DNA of 64,000 nucleotides, taken from contig MU054117.1 in NCBI GenBank assembly GCA_013239625.1, positions 4,206,677 through 4,270,676 on the forward strand, given 5' to 3'. This stretch comes from Lama guanicoe (Eukaryota). The notes beneath the pieces are model-generated. The model had not been told where the DNA came from. It ran no database searches and was given only the letters and a program-made list of their open reading frames with translations. This document shows, piece by piece, positions 1-11,899 of this stretch. The stretch's first letter is position 1. Each line of letters opens with the position of its first letter. A program made the translations under genes and the position numbers.

Positions 1-663
1 GGCAGGTCGTCCTTGAACACCACCTCCCTGGAGGGGTGGTCTGATGCTAAATCATCACAAAGGCATAACCCCTCCCACCGAGACGCTGGGAAGCATCTCC
101 CAAAGCTACTTCCACCCGGCTGGTCTCCAGGCCAGCTCAGGACAAACCTGCACTGATGTGAAGGCGTAAATCCAGAGACCCACTCAACAAACTTCCTCAA
201 CGAAAAGCTGTCCTGGCCTACACGGCAGTGAGTCAGTGGTCCTCTCTTCCTCCCTAAGCAAGTGGCAACTGGCACCCATGCCTCCCCCTTGACCTTCAGG
301 AGGCTCACAGAAGCACTGGGACACGTCCGTGCTCTGGGTCACGTTCTCTGACCTCATGCTGTGGGGCACCAAAGAGGCGAGAGGGAGAGGAAAGCTGAGT
401 CGGATCTCCAGGCCACCACAGGACTCGTGCCTTGTGCCACTCTTTCCCAGGGAGGCTCACAGGACACCTGGCTGCCCATCAAGTCCACCGTCTCACAGCT
501 CAAGAGAAGAGAGGGCTTCACTCTGGGTCCCGGGCCTGTCACTCATGGCTGCGCCCGTGCAGCCAAACTACAGAAGGAGCCACAGCGAGACTTGGCAGGT
601 GACAGGCAGATGCAAGACAATCTACTTCCAGGGAGAAAGAAGGCAGTAGGCGGGAGAACTCAC

Positions 664-746
664 TTCTTCCTCGTCTATACCGGTCAGGTCCCAGAAGTAG
701 CCCAGGCGCATCTGCAGTCTCTTCCAGTTTTCAAGAAACATGGTGG
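664..746 (-). CDS. ANO2: ANO2 coding exon, 83 nt ([28 protein letters not shown])
   Basis: Acceptor ttctctctaag|CC and donor GAA|gtgagt; phase 1 to 0; FLExWKR motif. Confidence 0.95.
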
Positions 747-951
747 CTTAGAGAGAAAGAAACAATTCCATTAACTGAAGAGCAGATTTTGAGCTCCCTT
801 TGGGTTCACCAAGGGAAATGGTGGATAAATGTAACTTTCAAATTTGGGGACTTTGTTTGAAGCATTTATTCCCTTCCCCCTGCTTCTAACTGGAACTGCT
901 TGAAATATTCCACATCCTTGAGAGCCCAAGAGATATGCATAAAGGGAGGCG

Positions 952-991
952 CATACACACAGACATACACAGACACACACACACACACACA
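952..991 (+). repeat. (CA)n microsatellite, interrupted
   Basis: catacacacagacatacacagacacacacacacacacaca. Confidence 0.85.
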
Positions 992-1054
992 TACACTTTT
1001 CCCTTTTCTAGGTTATAAGAAAAAGTAAACACTGATCTCAAGAAATGAAGAAAG

Positions 1055-1187
1055 ACTATATTCAATATCTCATAATAACCTATAGTGAAAAAGAATATGA
1101 AAAATATATATAACTGAATAACTACGTTGTACACCAGAAACTAACACAACATTGTAAATCAACTCTACTTCAATTTAAAAAAAAAAA
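1055..1187 (+). mobile_element. L1 3' end, heavily 5'-truncated, with poly(A) and degenerate TSD
   Basis: Same 3' terminus as the copies at 18012-18532 and 35547-36256. TSD aagaaatgaagaaaga (1040-1055) vs aagaaatggaggagga (1186-1201). Confidence 0.88.
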
Positions 1188-4100
1188 GAAATGGAGGAGG
1201 AATGGAAGAGTGTGAGGTTTGTAGTCTTCTTTGACAAACCTCATCTTCCCTGTACATCCCCTCTTCCTACCCCTCCCTCCCTGCACTCTCACCTTTTCCC
1301 CATCTTTCTTTCCGTCCCCAGCACGACACCCCTTCTCTGGGCCCAAGTCACCTCATCCTGAGGTTATGGAAGAGTCTCCTAGTCCCACCTGCGCCCAGGG
1401 CCCCAGCCCTCCAGCCCAGCCCACCTGCCCCTGAGAGACTCATGTCTTGTAAGTGACAGTCACTCACTCCTCCATCTGTTCAGCACACCTCTGTCCAAGG
1501 CCTGCCCCCCCGACACACTGGTCCATCTGCAGCTCCAACCACAGCCCTTGAAGGCCCAGCCCGACGTGCAGCAGCAAGAGCCGCCCCCTCGGCTCTGCGG
1601 CCCCGGCCGTTACACCAGGGCTGGACCCCCCAACTGAAGCCTGCTGACGGGCCAGTCGGAAGCTCTCTTCTGAAAACTGAAACTAAGAGACACAAATGGG
1701 GGCAGAAATGGGGGCAATCCACGCAGCCCGGAGAAGGAGGAGGAAGGTTTCAGGTAGGTCCTCCAGCTCCGGCTCCCCAGAGGCCTGGCTGCATTTAATC
1801 TCCTGCCTCCATGAGCTGGCCTCTTGCTTTCTTACACTCTCCCGTCACTGGCGCAAGCTTGAATGAATTTGTAATCCTGCCAAGAACCTAGGCCTGACCA
1901 GGGCACCTGCAGTGTACAGAACAGCGTCCTGCACGTTGTGAGGGAGACTGGGTGAATCTCCTGTGGATTTTGCTCCCACCTTGTCTAGTCTATGAGGAGA
2001 GACTTTAAATGACCCCGACACAAGGCATCAAGTGCTCAGAGCCTTGCGCACGACCCAGGTGGAAAGCTGTGGGCTTGTGGGAGAGGGAGTGCCAGCTGTC
2101 AGAGCATCGAGGCCGAGTCTGGAAGAGCAGGGGCCTTTGGGCAGTGAATGGGGGGCGAGGAGAGGGAGGGTGCCAAGACTCTCCCCCTAAAATTTCAGTG
2201 GGTCCCTGCTGTCTAGAATTCTCCCTCTGGCCGTGAGGACCTTGTATATTTGACCTGACCCATCTGTCCAAATCTATCCCCGCCATTTGTCAACACACAC
2301 CTCACGCCCGCATTGCAGCCAAGGTCATCTCTCACTGTCCTCTTCATCCCCAACTTGTGCAAACTGTCCCCCTCCCATGTCACCCTGGGTCCAACGGGCC
2401 CAGCGCGGGGCCGACTGGCTACATGTGCAACTACTCAAGGCTACGTCTGTTCCCTCGGTGCACTGAGCCGCGTGCTCTCTCCCTCGGATATGAGGCTTTG
2501 GCGTGTGCGTGGGTCCCGGCCTCCCGACACCGGCCTGGGGCTGGGGGTGCTCTCAGGACAAGTGGGGCGTCCCTCTCTTCCTGCACTGTTCTTTGTGCCT
2601 GAGGAGGGCTCTGCACACAGACTGTGCTCCCCGTGAAGGAGAGAAGTCAGACTGGGAAGGGATGAGGGGGCCAGAGAGCCACCGAAAGGAGTCAGGAGGA
2701 CAGGGGAGAACCATCGTGACGATGACGAGCAGCGCACAGCTCCTGGTGTGGATCGCGTGCCGGCACCACTCGAAGAGTCTGCACACACGTCCCATTCACA
2801 GCCAGAACGCTCCGGGGCAGTGTCACCGCACCTGTTCGACAGGTGAGGACCGTGATGCACCGGGCTGTACAGCGCCTCGGCTGAGAGGCCTGACTGCCGT
2901 GGCGCACAGCCAGGGTGCTGTGGGAGCCACAGCTGGTGGGGGGCAGGACTGAGACCCATATTTAGGATGGCCTGACCCCCAAGTCAGTGTCCTTAAACCT
3001 TGTCCCTTTAGTTCCCCCCTCCCCACTTTACAATACGGCTGCACCCCCTTCCCAGAGTTCCCCTAGTTTGATGCCAGACCCCAGAGAAGCCGGGCCTGAG
3101 GCCTCAGACACACCCAGGCCCCGCTGACCGAGCCCCCGACACCCCCGTCTCAGCAGCCCGACTCCTGCTCCACCAACCGCCGGGTCCCTCCCCGCAGAGA
3201 ACCGCCTCTCCCCGGCCTTCCTCCTGGCAGGCTTGGGCCCCCCCAGCACAGCGCCGCTGATCATGGTAATCACCTAATGAGAGGCACTGCCATTATTTTT
3301 AATTGTAATTTGGAGGCAGTCGTGCCCTGGGGGCTCTTGGCTGCTGTGACCAAATACACAGACACATAAAACACAATGAGGCCGTTAAAATAACAAAGCC
3401 AAACGCTGCCCTAAGCTGGGAAGCACTGACACAGTCCACCGTATTTGTGCTGCTACTGAGAGGAAGGGAGAGGAGCCAGGGTGGGGGGACGGGGTAGGGG
3501 ACAGGGGACAGCAGGGGTGGGGGTATATGCTCATCACAGCTACTGAGGAGACAAACGAGGCAGCTGAAAGCAGGAAAGTAAAACTGAAAACCCAGTTTCT
3601 CTCCAGTAAGGAACACGCACCCCAAGAAAGTTCTTAAGGGATCGTGGACCCAGTGTCCTTAAGCTCCAGCCACGTAGTCACCGTGGCGTCTGCGGGACAT
3701 GTGAGTGGGGACTGGGGCTGCACCGCATCAAAAAAAAAAAAATGTGTGTTTTGGGCTCCAATCAGCTCAGGCGGGTTTGGGGGTGATCACAAGGGGCCGT
3801 CCCCGCCACGGCACGCAGAGCTGCTCTGACCGCCGGGGAAGCAGCAGTGGGTCAGTCTGCTCTCCTGACCTTTCCAGCGGACGGCCCCGGGGCTCTCTGG
3901 TCACAGTGCAGTGTCCTCCTGCTCCCCCCCTATTTTTCTGAGCTGACACTGCCTCTGTTCCCCTGGGCAGAGGCTGTTTTCCCTGAGAGAATCGACTGCC
4001 CCCCAGACATCTTCCTTGGTGGCCTGGTCACATGGGATCTTTCCAGTCTGGCTCAATCTCCAGCCGACGCGCGGTGCCCAAGGGGATGGAGGGCGGGGGT

Positions 4101-4374
4101 GGCTGCGGCCAGCTCTCCCAGCACGGCTGGGGACAGACCCCTCCCTCTCTCCTGCTCACACTTGCAGGGACGCGTGACCCACAGCCCCTCCTGGCACGCC
4201 CTCCAGGCCCCGCGGAGTCAGTGACACGTCAGGCAGCTCTCGTGGCTGCACCAGGATCGCCCGTGGCCCTGACGGCCCGGGATCCGACGGGAAAGATGAG
4301 GGCCCGCACTTCTAGGAATGAGTGACAGGCAGGTGGCTGCTCAAAATGGGCTGAAACAAGTCCATTTGGTCCCC

Positions 4375-4716
4375 TTATTTAAATTGAAGTACAGTTGATT
4401 TACCTACAAATCTCGTATGTCACCACTTATATGTGAAATCTGAAAAATGATACAAATGAATTTATTTACAAAACAGAAACAGGCTCACAGACATAGAAAA
4501 CAAACTTCTGGTTATCAAAGGGGAAATGGGGAGGAAGGAATAAACTAGGAGTTTGGAGTTAGCAGATACACACTGCCCTTCATAAAACAGAGAAACAAGG
4601 TCCTACTGTACAGCGCAGGGAACTATATTCAGTATCTCGTAATAACCTATAATGAAAAGAACACATATGTGTACACTGTGGTGTGTATCCCCACGCTGCA
4701 CTCCAGAAACCAGCGC
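4375..4716 (-). mobile_element. L1 3'UTR insertion with 5' inversion (twin priming)
   Basis: Minus-strand terminus at 4375-4403 and plus-strand L1 3'UTR at 4406-4716. TSD ttggtcc(c/t)-type at 4366-4376 and 4717-4727. Confidence 0.85.
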
Positions 4717-4814
4717 TTGGTCCCTTTTTTAATACCTGTGGGGTGTGTCTTCTTGGAAATGATCGGTGACCATGGGGTTGTTAGTCCAGGTCATTCCAGC
4801 TTGTAAGACTAGGG

Positions 4815-4849
4815 GTGTGTGTGTGTGTGTGTTGTGTGTGTGTGTGTGT
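4815..4849 (+). repeat. (GT)n microsatellite, interrupted
   Basis: gtgtgtgtgtgtgtgtgttgtgtgtgtgtgtgtgtg. Confidence 0.9.
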
Positions 4850-5551
4850 GGTCATGGCCGTGGCCCAGGGAAGGCTTATTACCCGGACACTCCGGGGGTC
4901 AGGGAGGAGGAGGGAAATGCAGGAACTATTTGTTCCTTCCTTCCCAGATCCCTTCGGTGGGAATATTGAAAACAGCCCTCTGGCATTAAATAGAATCTCT
5001 GCATTCCGCCCTCCTGGTGTCCTGGAAATTGCACAGATCCCGGAGTCATGAGACCAGGTCTGGGCCCACCTTTACCCCCAGCTAGCTCTGCAGCCATGGC
5101 AGGCAGCCCACCACTCCGCATGTCACGCCAGATGACGTCTGTGACTTTACAACACGTCCTAGTAGGTGTAACTGGAGGTGCCAGCAGTGTGCGTGGGGTT
5201 TTTCCAAACATGCATTGCTTCAAATTCTGAATAAATCACACGTGAGATTAATACAAGGTTAATACAAGGTCTATCTCTTTAAAATATATATATATTTGAA
5301 TATTTAAAATATAAATATATAAATACATATATATTTAAAGCCACGGAGAATAGCCTTAGTTCTATTCACATGGATGAGTAAAGCAGAGAAATCTATTGTC
5401 CCTGACACACTTCTTGAGATACAAGGAAGTAAATACTAAGTAAATACTAAATACTAAGAAAGTAAACCAAAGGATACAGGCTTTAGAGCTGAGTCACTCT
5501 GCCCATTGAAAAGTCCCGCCCGCGGAAGCCAGCCTCACGACGACCACTCAC

Positions 5552-5712
5552 CCCACAGAGCCATGAAGATGGAGAAGAAGACGGTGGCGGGGTTGTCAAA
5601 CAGGTGGCTGGCCCGCGCCGTGCCGCAGGCCGAGCTGAGGTTCCAGTAATCGCAGGACTTGTCACACAGGGGACACATGGTGAAGGCGTTCTGCTGGTCA
5701 CACATCTCTTTG
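5552..5712 (-). CDS. ANO2: ANO2 coding exon, 161 nt, Cys-rich extracellular loop and TM2 ([55 protein letters not shown])
   Basis: Acceptor tactgcag|C and donor G|gtgagt; phase 2 to 1; MCPLCD and LFDN motifs. Confidence 0.97.
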
Positions 5713-6815
5713 CTGCAGTAGACAGAGGCCATGGGGTCAGGGGGCCCCAGCAGGACCCACCCCAAGCAAATCACCCCCAAAACAGCTCCCACTTCCAAAC
5801 CCGTGGCTAAGTTTATCAACCCCACCAGCAAGGTGTGTTAGGAGAGATGGGACTGGATTCTTCCCCACTGGTAGTCTTATTCCTACATTTTGCCTTTTAA
5901 AAAATGGATGGGCTACCTTCCAAGGTATGGAGCCCTCACTCCTGTCACTAGAAATGACCCAGCAGATTAGTGACCATCTGTCAGGGATGCTGGACATTGG
6001 ACAAAGCCTTGTAAGTCCCTTTAAAATGTGCCGAGTCTGTGAGCATCACAATTATGAATACAGCACTCATGTGAGGTCAGATTCCATCAACCTCCTTCAA
6101 GTATGGTCTGTCTTCTTAAACCCTCCTGGCTGTCTCACCGATGTGTAAGGCTGGTCTCAAAGTGGAACACACATGAGTGCGCAGCTGGACCCTCCCGAGC
6201 TCCTCCTTCCAGAAGGAGAAAACCACATGAAGCATGGAGGCAGGTGGTCGGAAGCCCCTTGTCTACGTGTATCAGCCACGTGACCACTTGCAGAAAGGGG
6301 ATTCATAACCTCAATCCAAAGAGAATTATCATAATCCTGAAATGGGATGAGGGAGGCCGAAAGAAAAGGGTAAAATCTTCCAAAGCCTGGATTCCAGGAT
6401 CCTTGGACACAGAAGAACAAGTCGAACAGTCACCACCTACATTCCCACCTACCCTCGGTGTATTTCTATTTAACGGACTGATGCATAGACCTGAAAGTCC
6501 TTTCGTTCGTTAGGTGACTAGCTGCATTCAGCAAATTCAGGCTCACCTAAGTGCTTGCAAATAAGAACCAAAGGATTCTCAGGCCCTAAGTGGCTTCCCC
6601 AGTTACCCTCCACACCACACACTTGTAGGAAAGTGAACTCATCCCGCCAGTGTGTAGGAGTCTCCCTAGGGGATGGGCAGATGGCCCCGCTCATGGTCTA
6701 GGAGGAAAGGGTGGAGAACTGGAGCTTTCCTGACAATGCAGCACTGGCTGTTCTCCCAGTGATGGGGAGGCAGGGGTCCCATGTTGAAACCACAGCTGTG
6801 TTTTCTCCGGAGAGA

Positions 6816-6832
6816 GGCAGCAGAGGGCGCCA
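6816..6832 (+). promoter_or_regulatory. Candidate CTCF site
   Basis: ggcagcagagggcgcca is close to the core CCASYAGRKGGCRS; motif match only. Confidence 0.35.
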
Positions 6833-7700
6833 CAGAGCACGGCTGGCAAGCGGGAGGCAGCAGCCGGGTGAGTGCGCTGGTACCCGGTGCTAAGCCAGTG
6901 CTGATGAAGCCCAGGAGCCAGCGGGATGCCTGCGTGCAGCCCCTCCGCGTTAAGCAGCTGAAAGGTGTCACTGAGGGCTGTCACTGTCTGTCCAGTCCCA
7001 GCTTGCAGGCTTGTGTTTAATGAGCTATTAAGGCCGCGGCAGGGAGGCCTTCTGTGTGAGAGAATGGAAAGTCTGGGTCTCCCAGGATAAAGCCTCATTC
7101 CTCCACTGACTTGCTGCTAAGCTCTCCACTGGCAAGTGTCAATAGCCGTGACTCACTCCCATGGACAATATTAAGCAGTGATTTTTTTTAATAATAAGTT
7201 CAGCTGTGCTAGCTTCACCTGGGCATATTCTTTTTGGTAATTGGAGAGCAGGGTTTATTTTAAGTCTTTGGGGCCAGACAAATGTTCGCTGCTGCTTTGG
7301 GAGAGGCGAGGACCTCTGAGAAAACAGATTCACACAGAAACCTGCCGGTCCGTATAAGGTCTCGTCCGGAGCTCGGCTTCTGCGCCGGCCCAGGGAAGAC
7401 CTGCGTTCTCGGGGCCGCCCTGCAGGTGGGCTGGAGACAGTGCTCTGTGGTTGGGGGCTTTTTTTAAACACAGAGACGGAGGGGTGGGGAGGGGTTTTCC
7501 TAATCAATCCGATGCCAGTCAAAACGCGCCAACGCTAACAGGTCAGGAATGAAAAAAAGGATCAGCAACCAGCTTGGTGCAAAGCATTCTGAACCTCGCT
7601 GCTGTGCAAGTCGTGGGCTTTAAAATCAGAATACGGCCAACTGCGGGCGCTCTGTATGTACTGTGTTGGGGGTTTTGGCGGGGAGGTTGATGCAGGCAAC

Positions 7701-7806
7701 TTTTTTTTTTTCATGGAGGGACTGGGGATTGAACCCAGGATCTCGTGCATGTTAAGCATGCGCTCTACCACTGAGCTATACGTATACATATACTGCAGCT
7801 ACCCCC
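7701..7806 (-). mobile_element. tRNA-Ala-derived SINE (camelid Vic-1 type)
   Basis: Reverse complement reads TAGCTCAGTGGTAGAGCGCATGCTTAACATGCACGAGATCCTGGGTTCAATCCCCAG followed by an A11 tail; Pol III A and B boxes present; homologous copies at 9913 and 24902. Confidence 0.88.
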
Positions 7807-8389
7807 TGCGAGCCAACAACAGAACTCTGGGGAAATTCTGCCTTAGGATGACATTAAAAGGACCTGGAAGATGAGGGAAGCGCCCCTAGAATTGAAACCA
7901 CGTGTGGGTCGTTCACGGATTCCTAGTCAGAAGTGCCGGTGGCTATAAATCCAGTGCTGTATTTCTTCAATCTACCATTTTCTCGAGGAAGCAGAAGAAG
8001 GTCGACGAAAGGCCTGACCAGCAGTTGAACCAAGACCCCAAAGTGGGTGGTGCTCTCAGTGAGGGACCCGCTGCTCACACGTTACATGACACAGGGCTGT
8101 GCTTAGCACAAAGGGAGAAGGTGCGATGAGGCAATTATTTGGGAATTTCAGACACAGCATCTGCTATTAAGATCTCAGACCTAAAGCAACCAACTTTTAA
8201 AATATGGTTTAGATTAATCAGCTTTAAAAAAAAAAAAAGCTCCAGTCTTTCCTACTGATGTAAGCAAATGGCTAACAAATGAAAGCAGAAGCAAGTTGTA
8301 TAGGTGTGTCGAGCACATGTGGAATCATTACTCACAAGCGGTGCTTGTGTCTCACATATCAAAGCTATTGGTGATAAAAGGTACCATTT

Positions 8390-8535
8390 AAAGTTCCACA
8401 TGATGTAAAATTTCTGGATTTGATACCGTATAGTTTACACAAGACGTCATCACCATTGGAGGAGACTGGACCCGTCTACTGTCTTTACAACGTCCTGTGA
8501 ATCTGTAACGCTTTCAAAATAAAACATTTTTTAAA
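8390..8535 (+). mobile_element. Ancient L1 (L1MC/L1ME-like) 3' terminus
   Basis: ...caccattggaggagactgg...tttacaacgtcctgtgaatctgtaac...tcaaaataaaa resembles recalled old L1 3' ends. Confidence 0.55.
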
Positions 8536-8622
8536 AGTCTGAAATTCCAGGCTTCACTCGAAAATTAAGAGAACTTAAAATAATCCGAAGAATAGTGCAA
8601 GTGCTTTTTTTAATAGTTGTCG

Positions 8623-8743
8623 TATTATTTTTTCTTTTTTAAAACATTTTTTATTGATTTATAATCATTTTACAATGCTGTGTCAAATTTCAGTGTAGAG
8701 CACAATTTTTCAGCTATACATGAACATATATATATTCATTGTC
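8623..8743 (-). mobile_element. Short 3' end of a younger camelid-type L1 subfamily
   Basis: T-tract then ttttattgatttataatcattttacaatgctgtgtcaaatttcagtgtagagcacaat; a variant of the L1 terminus seen elsewhere in the window. Confidence 0.75.
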
Positions 8744-9912
8744 CTAATCACGCGTAGGAGTGGCTCACAGACTCAGACCCTGGTGGAGTATGAATTTGTT
8801 TGGATTCAGAACTGGGATTTAGAGGCTACTCCTCCGCTGATGAGCAGGGATATTTTCTGAGTTTTCATCAGGCCCATAGGACTTGGACTTTTGATAAATA
8901 GACAATTGTGATTAGGGAGGAATTATCAAAAAATTGCTTTAGTTGCTTAAGATTTTCTATTCACACTTTCCTGACTTGCCACACACTCCCCTGAGTCTGA
9001 AAAACTGACAACCAAAATTTCAAGCTTTATAACAGCCAATTTCAAACTCTTTTTGGTTAAAAAATAGTTTAAGATTTTTGTATCAGATTCCAGTATGCAA
9101 ATATACCCCCTCCCCAGAAACACACTTCTATAACTAAATAACATGTCATGGGCCAACATTATACGTCCTTCTCATGATAAATGCTAATGTTAGGCTTCAC
9201 TCTACCCTACCCTGTCTTACTTCAGTTCATTTAAAGGATAACCATGAAACTGATTCTACAATCCACTGACAGGTTATCCACAGTTTGTAAACATCACGCA
9301 CTCGGACAGGCAATGCAATACATCTGCAATGATGACCACATTTTACATGCACATGTGCCTGCACGTATGTGAGTGTTCGTTCATGTGCAGATATACGCCT
9401 TTGCAGCATCTGTGGACCATGGTTGTTTCCAGCTGCCATGGTCACCGTCACAGGTCCTCCCATGTGGGGAACCAGGGCACAAGTTCTCAGCCCGGCTGCA
9501 GCCAGAACACGGACGCCCTACCCACCACACTGCACTGGTTCTCTGTGTGTGGTAGGACGTCCTCCAGTTTTGACCAACCTGAGGACCAGCCCTCTGGGGA
9601 TCACAAATGGACAACTGAGCCGTGTTTCCTGAGAAGGCACCAGGCGGGGCCCGTTGGAGCTCTGGGGCTGCCAAGGACGAGAAGAGCCCTCCGGAAGACC
9701 CCACGGCTGACTCAGGGAAAACCAAGGCTTTGGAGCAGGAGCTGGCAGAGCTCAAATCCCAACCCTGACAATGACTAGTTGTTAGGCAAGTTATGTGCCC
9801 TGTGAGGTGAAAATAATAATCCTATCTTACAGCGTCTACAGTGATCTCCACAGGGTCAGACAATAGCACTTAAAAACCGCCCAGCACCATGCCTGGTACA
9901 ACTAATGCTAGC

Positions 9913-10060
9913 TTTTGGTTGGTGGGGGGGATTCGGTTTATTTATTTATGCATTTATGCATTTATTCATTTATTCATTTATTTAATGGAGGGACTGGGGA
10001 TGGAACCCAGGACCTCGTGCATGCTAAACACGCACTCTACCACTGCGCTATACCTTCCCT
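9913..10060 (-). mobile_element. tRNA-Ala-derived SINE (Vic-1 type) with (TAAA)n-like tail
   Basis: tttatttaatggagggactggggatggaacccaggacctcgtgcatgctaaacacgcactctaccactgcgctata; homologous to the copies at 7701 and 24902. Confidence 0.87.
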
Positions 10061-11473
10061 ACAAAAGCTTTCTGTAGATTGACACAGTCGTGTAAGCCAC
10101 CTGGCTCCTGCCGCTGGTGAATACACTTTCCTTAAAGAGCAGAGTCCTTGCCCCCTGCTTCAGAACGGCCTTACTTTTCCCAGTACTGCCCCCAAGTACA
10201 GCGGACACCCACAGTCTGCCCAGTGTCCCCATCCAGGGGGACTATCTTGCTGGCACAGTGGGATCCTGCGCCACAGCCCTGTCTGGCTGGCCCAGAGCCT
10301 CTACCTAAGCCAGAATGAGTCAGCAGGACCTTTCCACTTGGGGCCACTTGAGTATAACACCCATCGCTCCTGGCAGCAATGGTTATATCCAATAGAGGAA
10401 AACTGCAGTGGAACAAGTAAGTACTAGGCAGAATCAGAGATAGGCTATCAACAGAAAGAGGCCCTGTTTCCACGGCTCCCTGGGTGAGCCACAGGCCTGC
10501 CACAGGGTTTCCTGAGACACCCGGGGCCCCTGAGAATACATGCCCTTTTTTTGCTTAAGCTAGTTCCAGCGCATTTCTATGAATATTCAAACACACAAAT
10601 GATGCTTCAGTTTGCAAGGACAGCTCTGAAGATGGCAAGAGATCTGAATTCTAAACATTGGCTAAGTGTCTTTAGTCCCTTGGACTTGGTTTCCACATAC
10701 GTTGTTGACTCATTCAGCAATTATTTATTGCTGTCCTGCTGTGTGCCGGACACTGCCTCCTTTAATCCTCACCACCCCCCAGGAGGTGGACGTGGCCATT
10801 ACCATTGTACAGTCAAGGAAGCGGAGACTGGGGAGAGCTGCCCGGTCACACAGCTAATATGTGACACCGTCAGCCCTTTAGGCACTATTTTTAAGCACTT
10901 ATTTCCTTTGTAAGATCTCTTCCGCATAAGGACCAGCCTTTGCTCCATCTCCTGGATCTCCAAGAGCCCCGCCATGGCCCTGTCACCTCCTGGAGTTCCT
11001 GACTTGCTGAGCCAGGGCTGAGTTCAGTTCCAGGGCTGCCTGCCTCTGCAGACAGCATCACAGCGTTATCCCAGCAGTGTCCGACCACACAGACATCATC
11101 TCCACCCAGCCCCCCTCGACACTTCCTGCCTTGGGTCGGCTGGGAAACCAGAGGAACAAAAGTCAAGAAATTGAGGGAAAAAAGCTTTTCCCGGGCATGA
11201 TTTCTTTTTTGTCAGTTATCTTCCACCGCCCAGTCAGACCCTGGCTCTGCAGAACTTGACTAGGAAAGGAAGTGGCCGCACCCAGCACGGCTCTGAGCCA
11301 TCCCCAGAATCCGTCACTCCCCCAGCTCTAGGAGGAAAGTGACAGGCGTGGGAAGGGACGGGGAAGGACAGAGGGACTTTGGAAGGAGGCACGTGACACG
11401 CACTTGCAACTGTAATGAAGTTCCAAACGACTGACATGTGGGAACTGAGACATTTCCTTTAAAACCAGCTCAC

Positions 11474-11608
11474 CTGGGAATATCTTCTTCGATGGTCGCA
11501 CATCCATAAAGAAACACAATCACCCCAATTACAGATGATGGGATGAGGAAGGACGTATATAATCCCAGCCAGGCAAAATACAGCCCGATTTTTTCTCCAA
11601 AATACTTC
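11474..11608 (-). CDS. ANO2: ANO2 coding exon, 135 nt, TM1 ([46 protein letters not shown])
   Basis: Acceptor ttttgcag|G and donor AG|gtgagc; phase 2 to 2; [14 protein letters not shown] anoctamin signature. Confidence 0.97.
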
Positions 11609-11899
11609 CTGCAAAAGCAAGAAAAGAAAACACATTATTAAGAAGACCACAGACCTTCCTTATTTCTGTGTGCTCACAACCTGACAACAGGTCAGCATAA
11701 ATGGAAAGAGAAGGAAATCACAGGGGAGGGGAGACCTCGGCACACGGAATCAACAACTGTTTCTTTTCTGAAATGAATCACATTCCATTAGCATCACATA
11801 CACACACCTGTCCAGGCTGTTCACGTAAAGTAGCTGCAAGAAGGAATCCAGCCCTAAGAGCAGGCTGAAAATATGCCATAAATTTTGGCATCTTGACCA

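Noticed and set aside
333..350. Possible 12-nt ERxQ microexon of ANO2 (reverse complement gaacgtgacccag)
   Set aside because: The length and frame are wrong and no GT donor follows. The real microexon probably lies beyond the window's left edge.
8744..8945. Extra segment beside the young L1, with a cctaatcac/gtgattagg inverted match, as a possible transduction or inversion
   Set aside because: The match is only 9 bp and the candidate TSDs are ambiguous; it cannot be distinguished from ordinary flank without an empty-site alignment.
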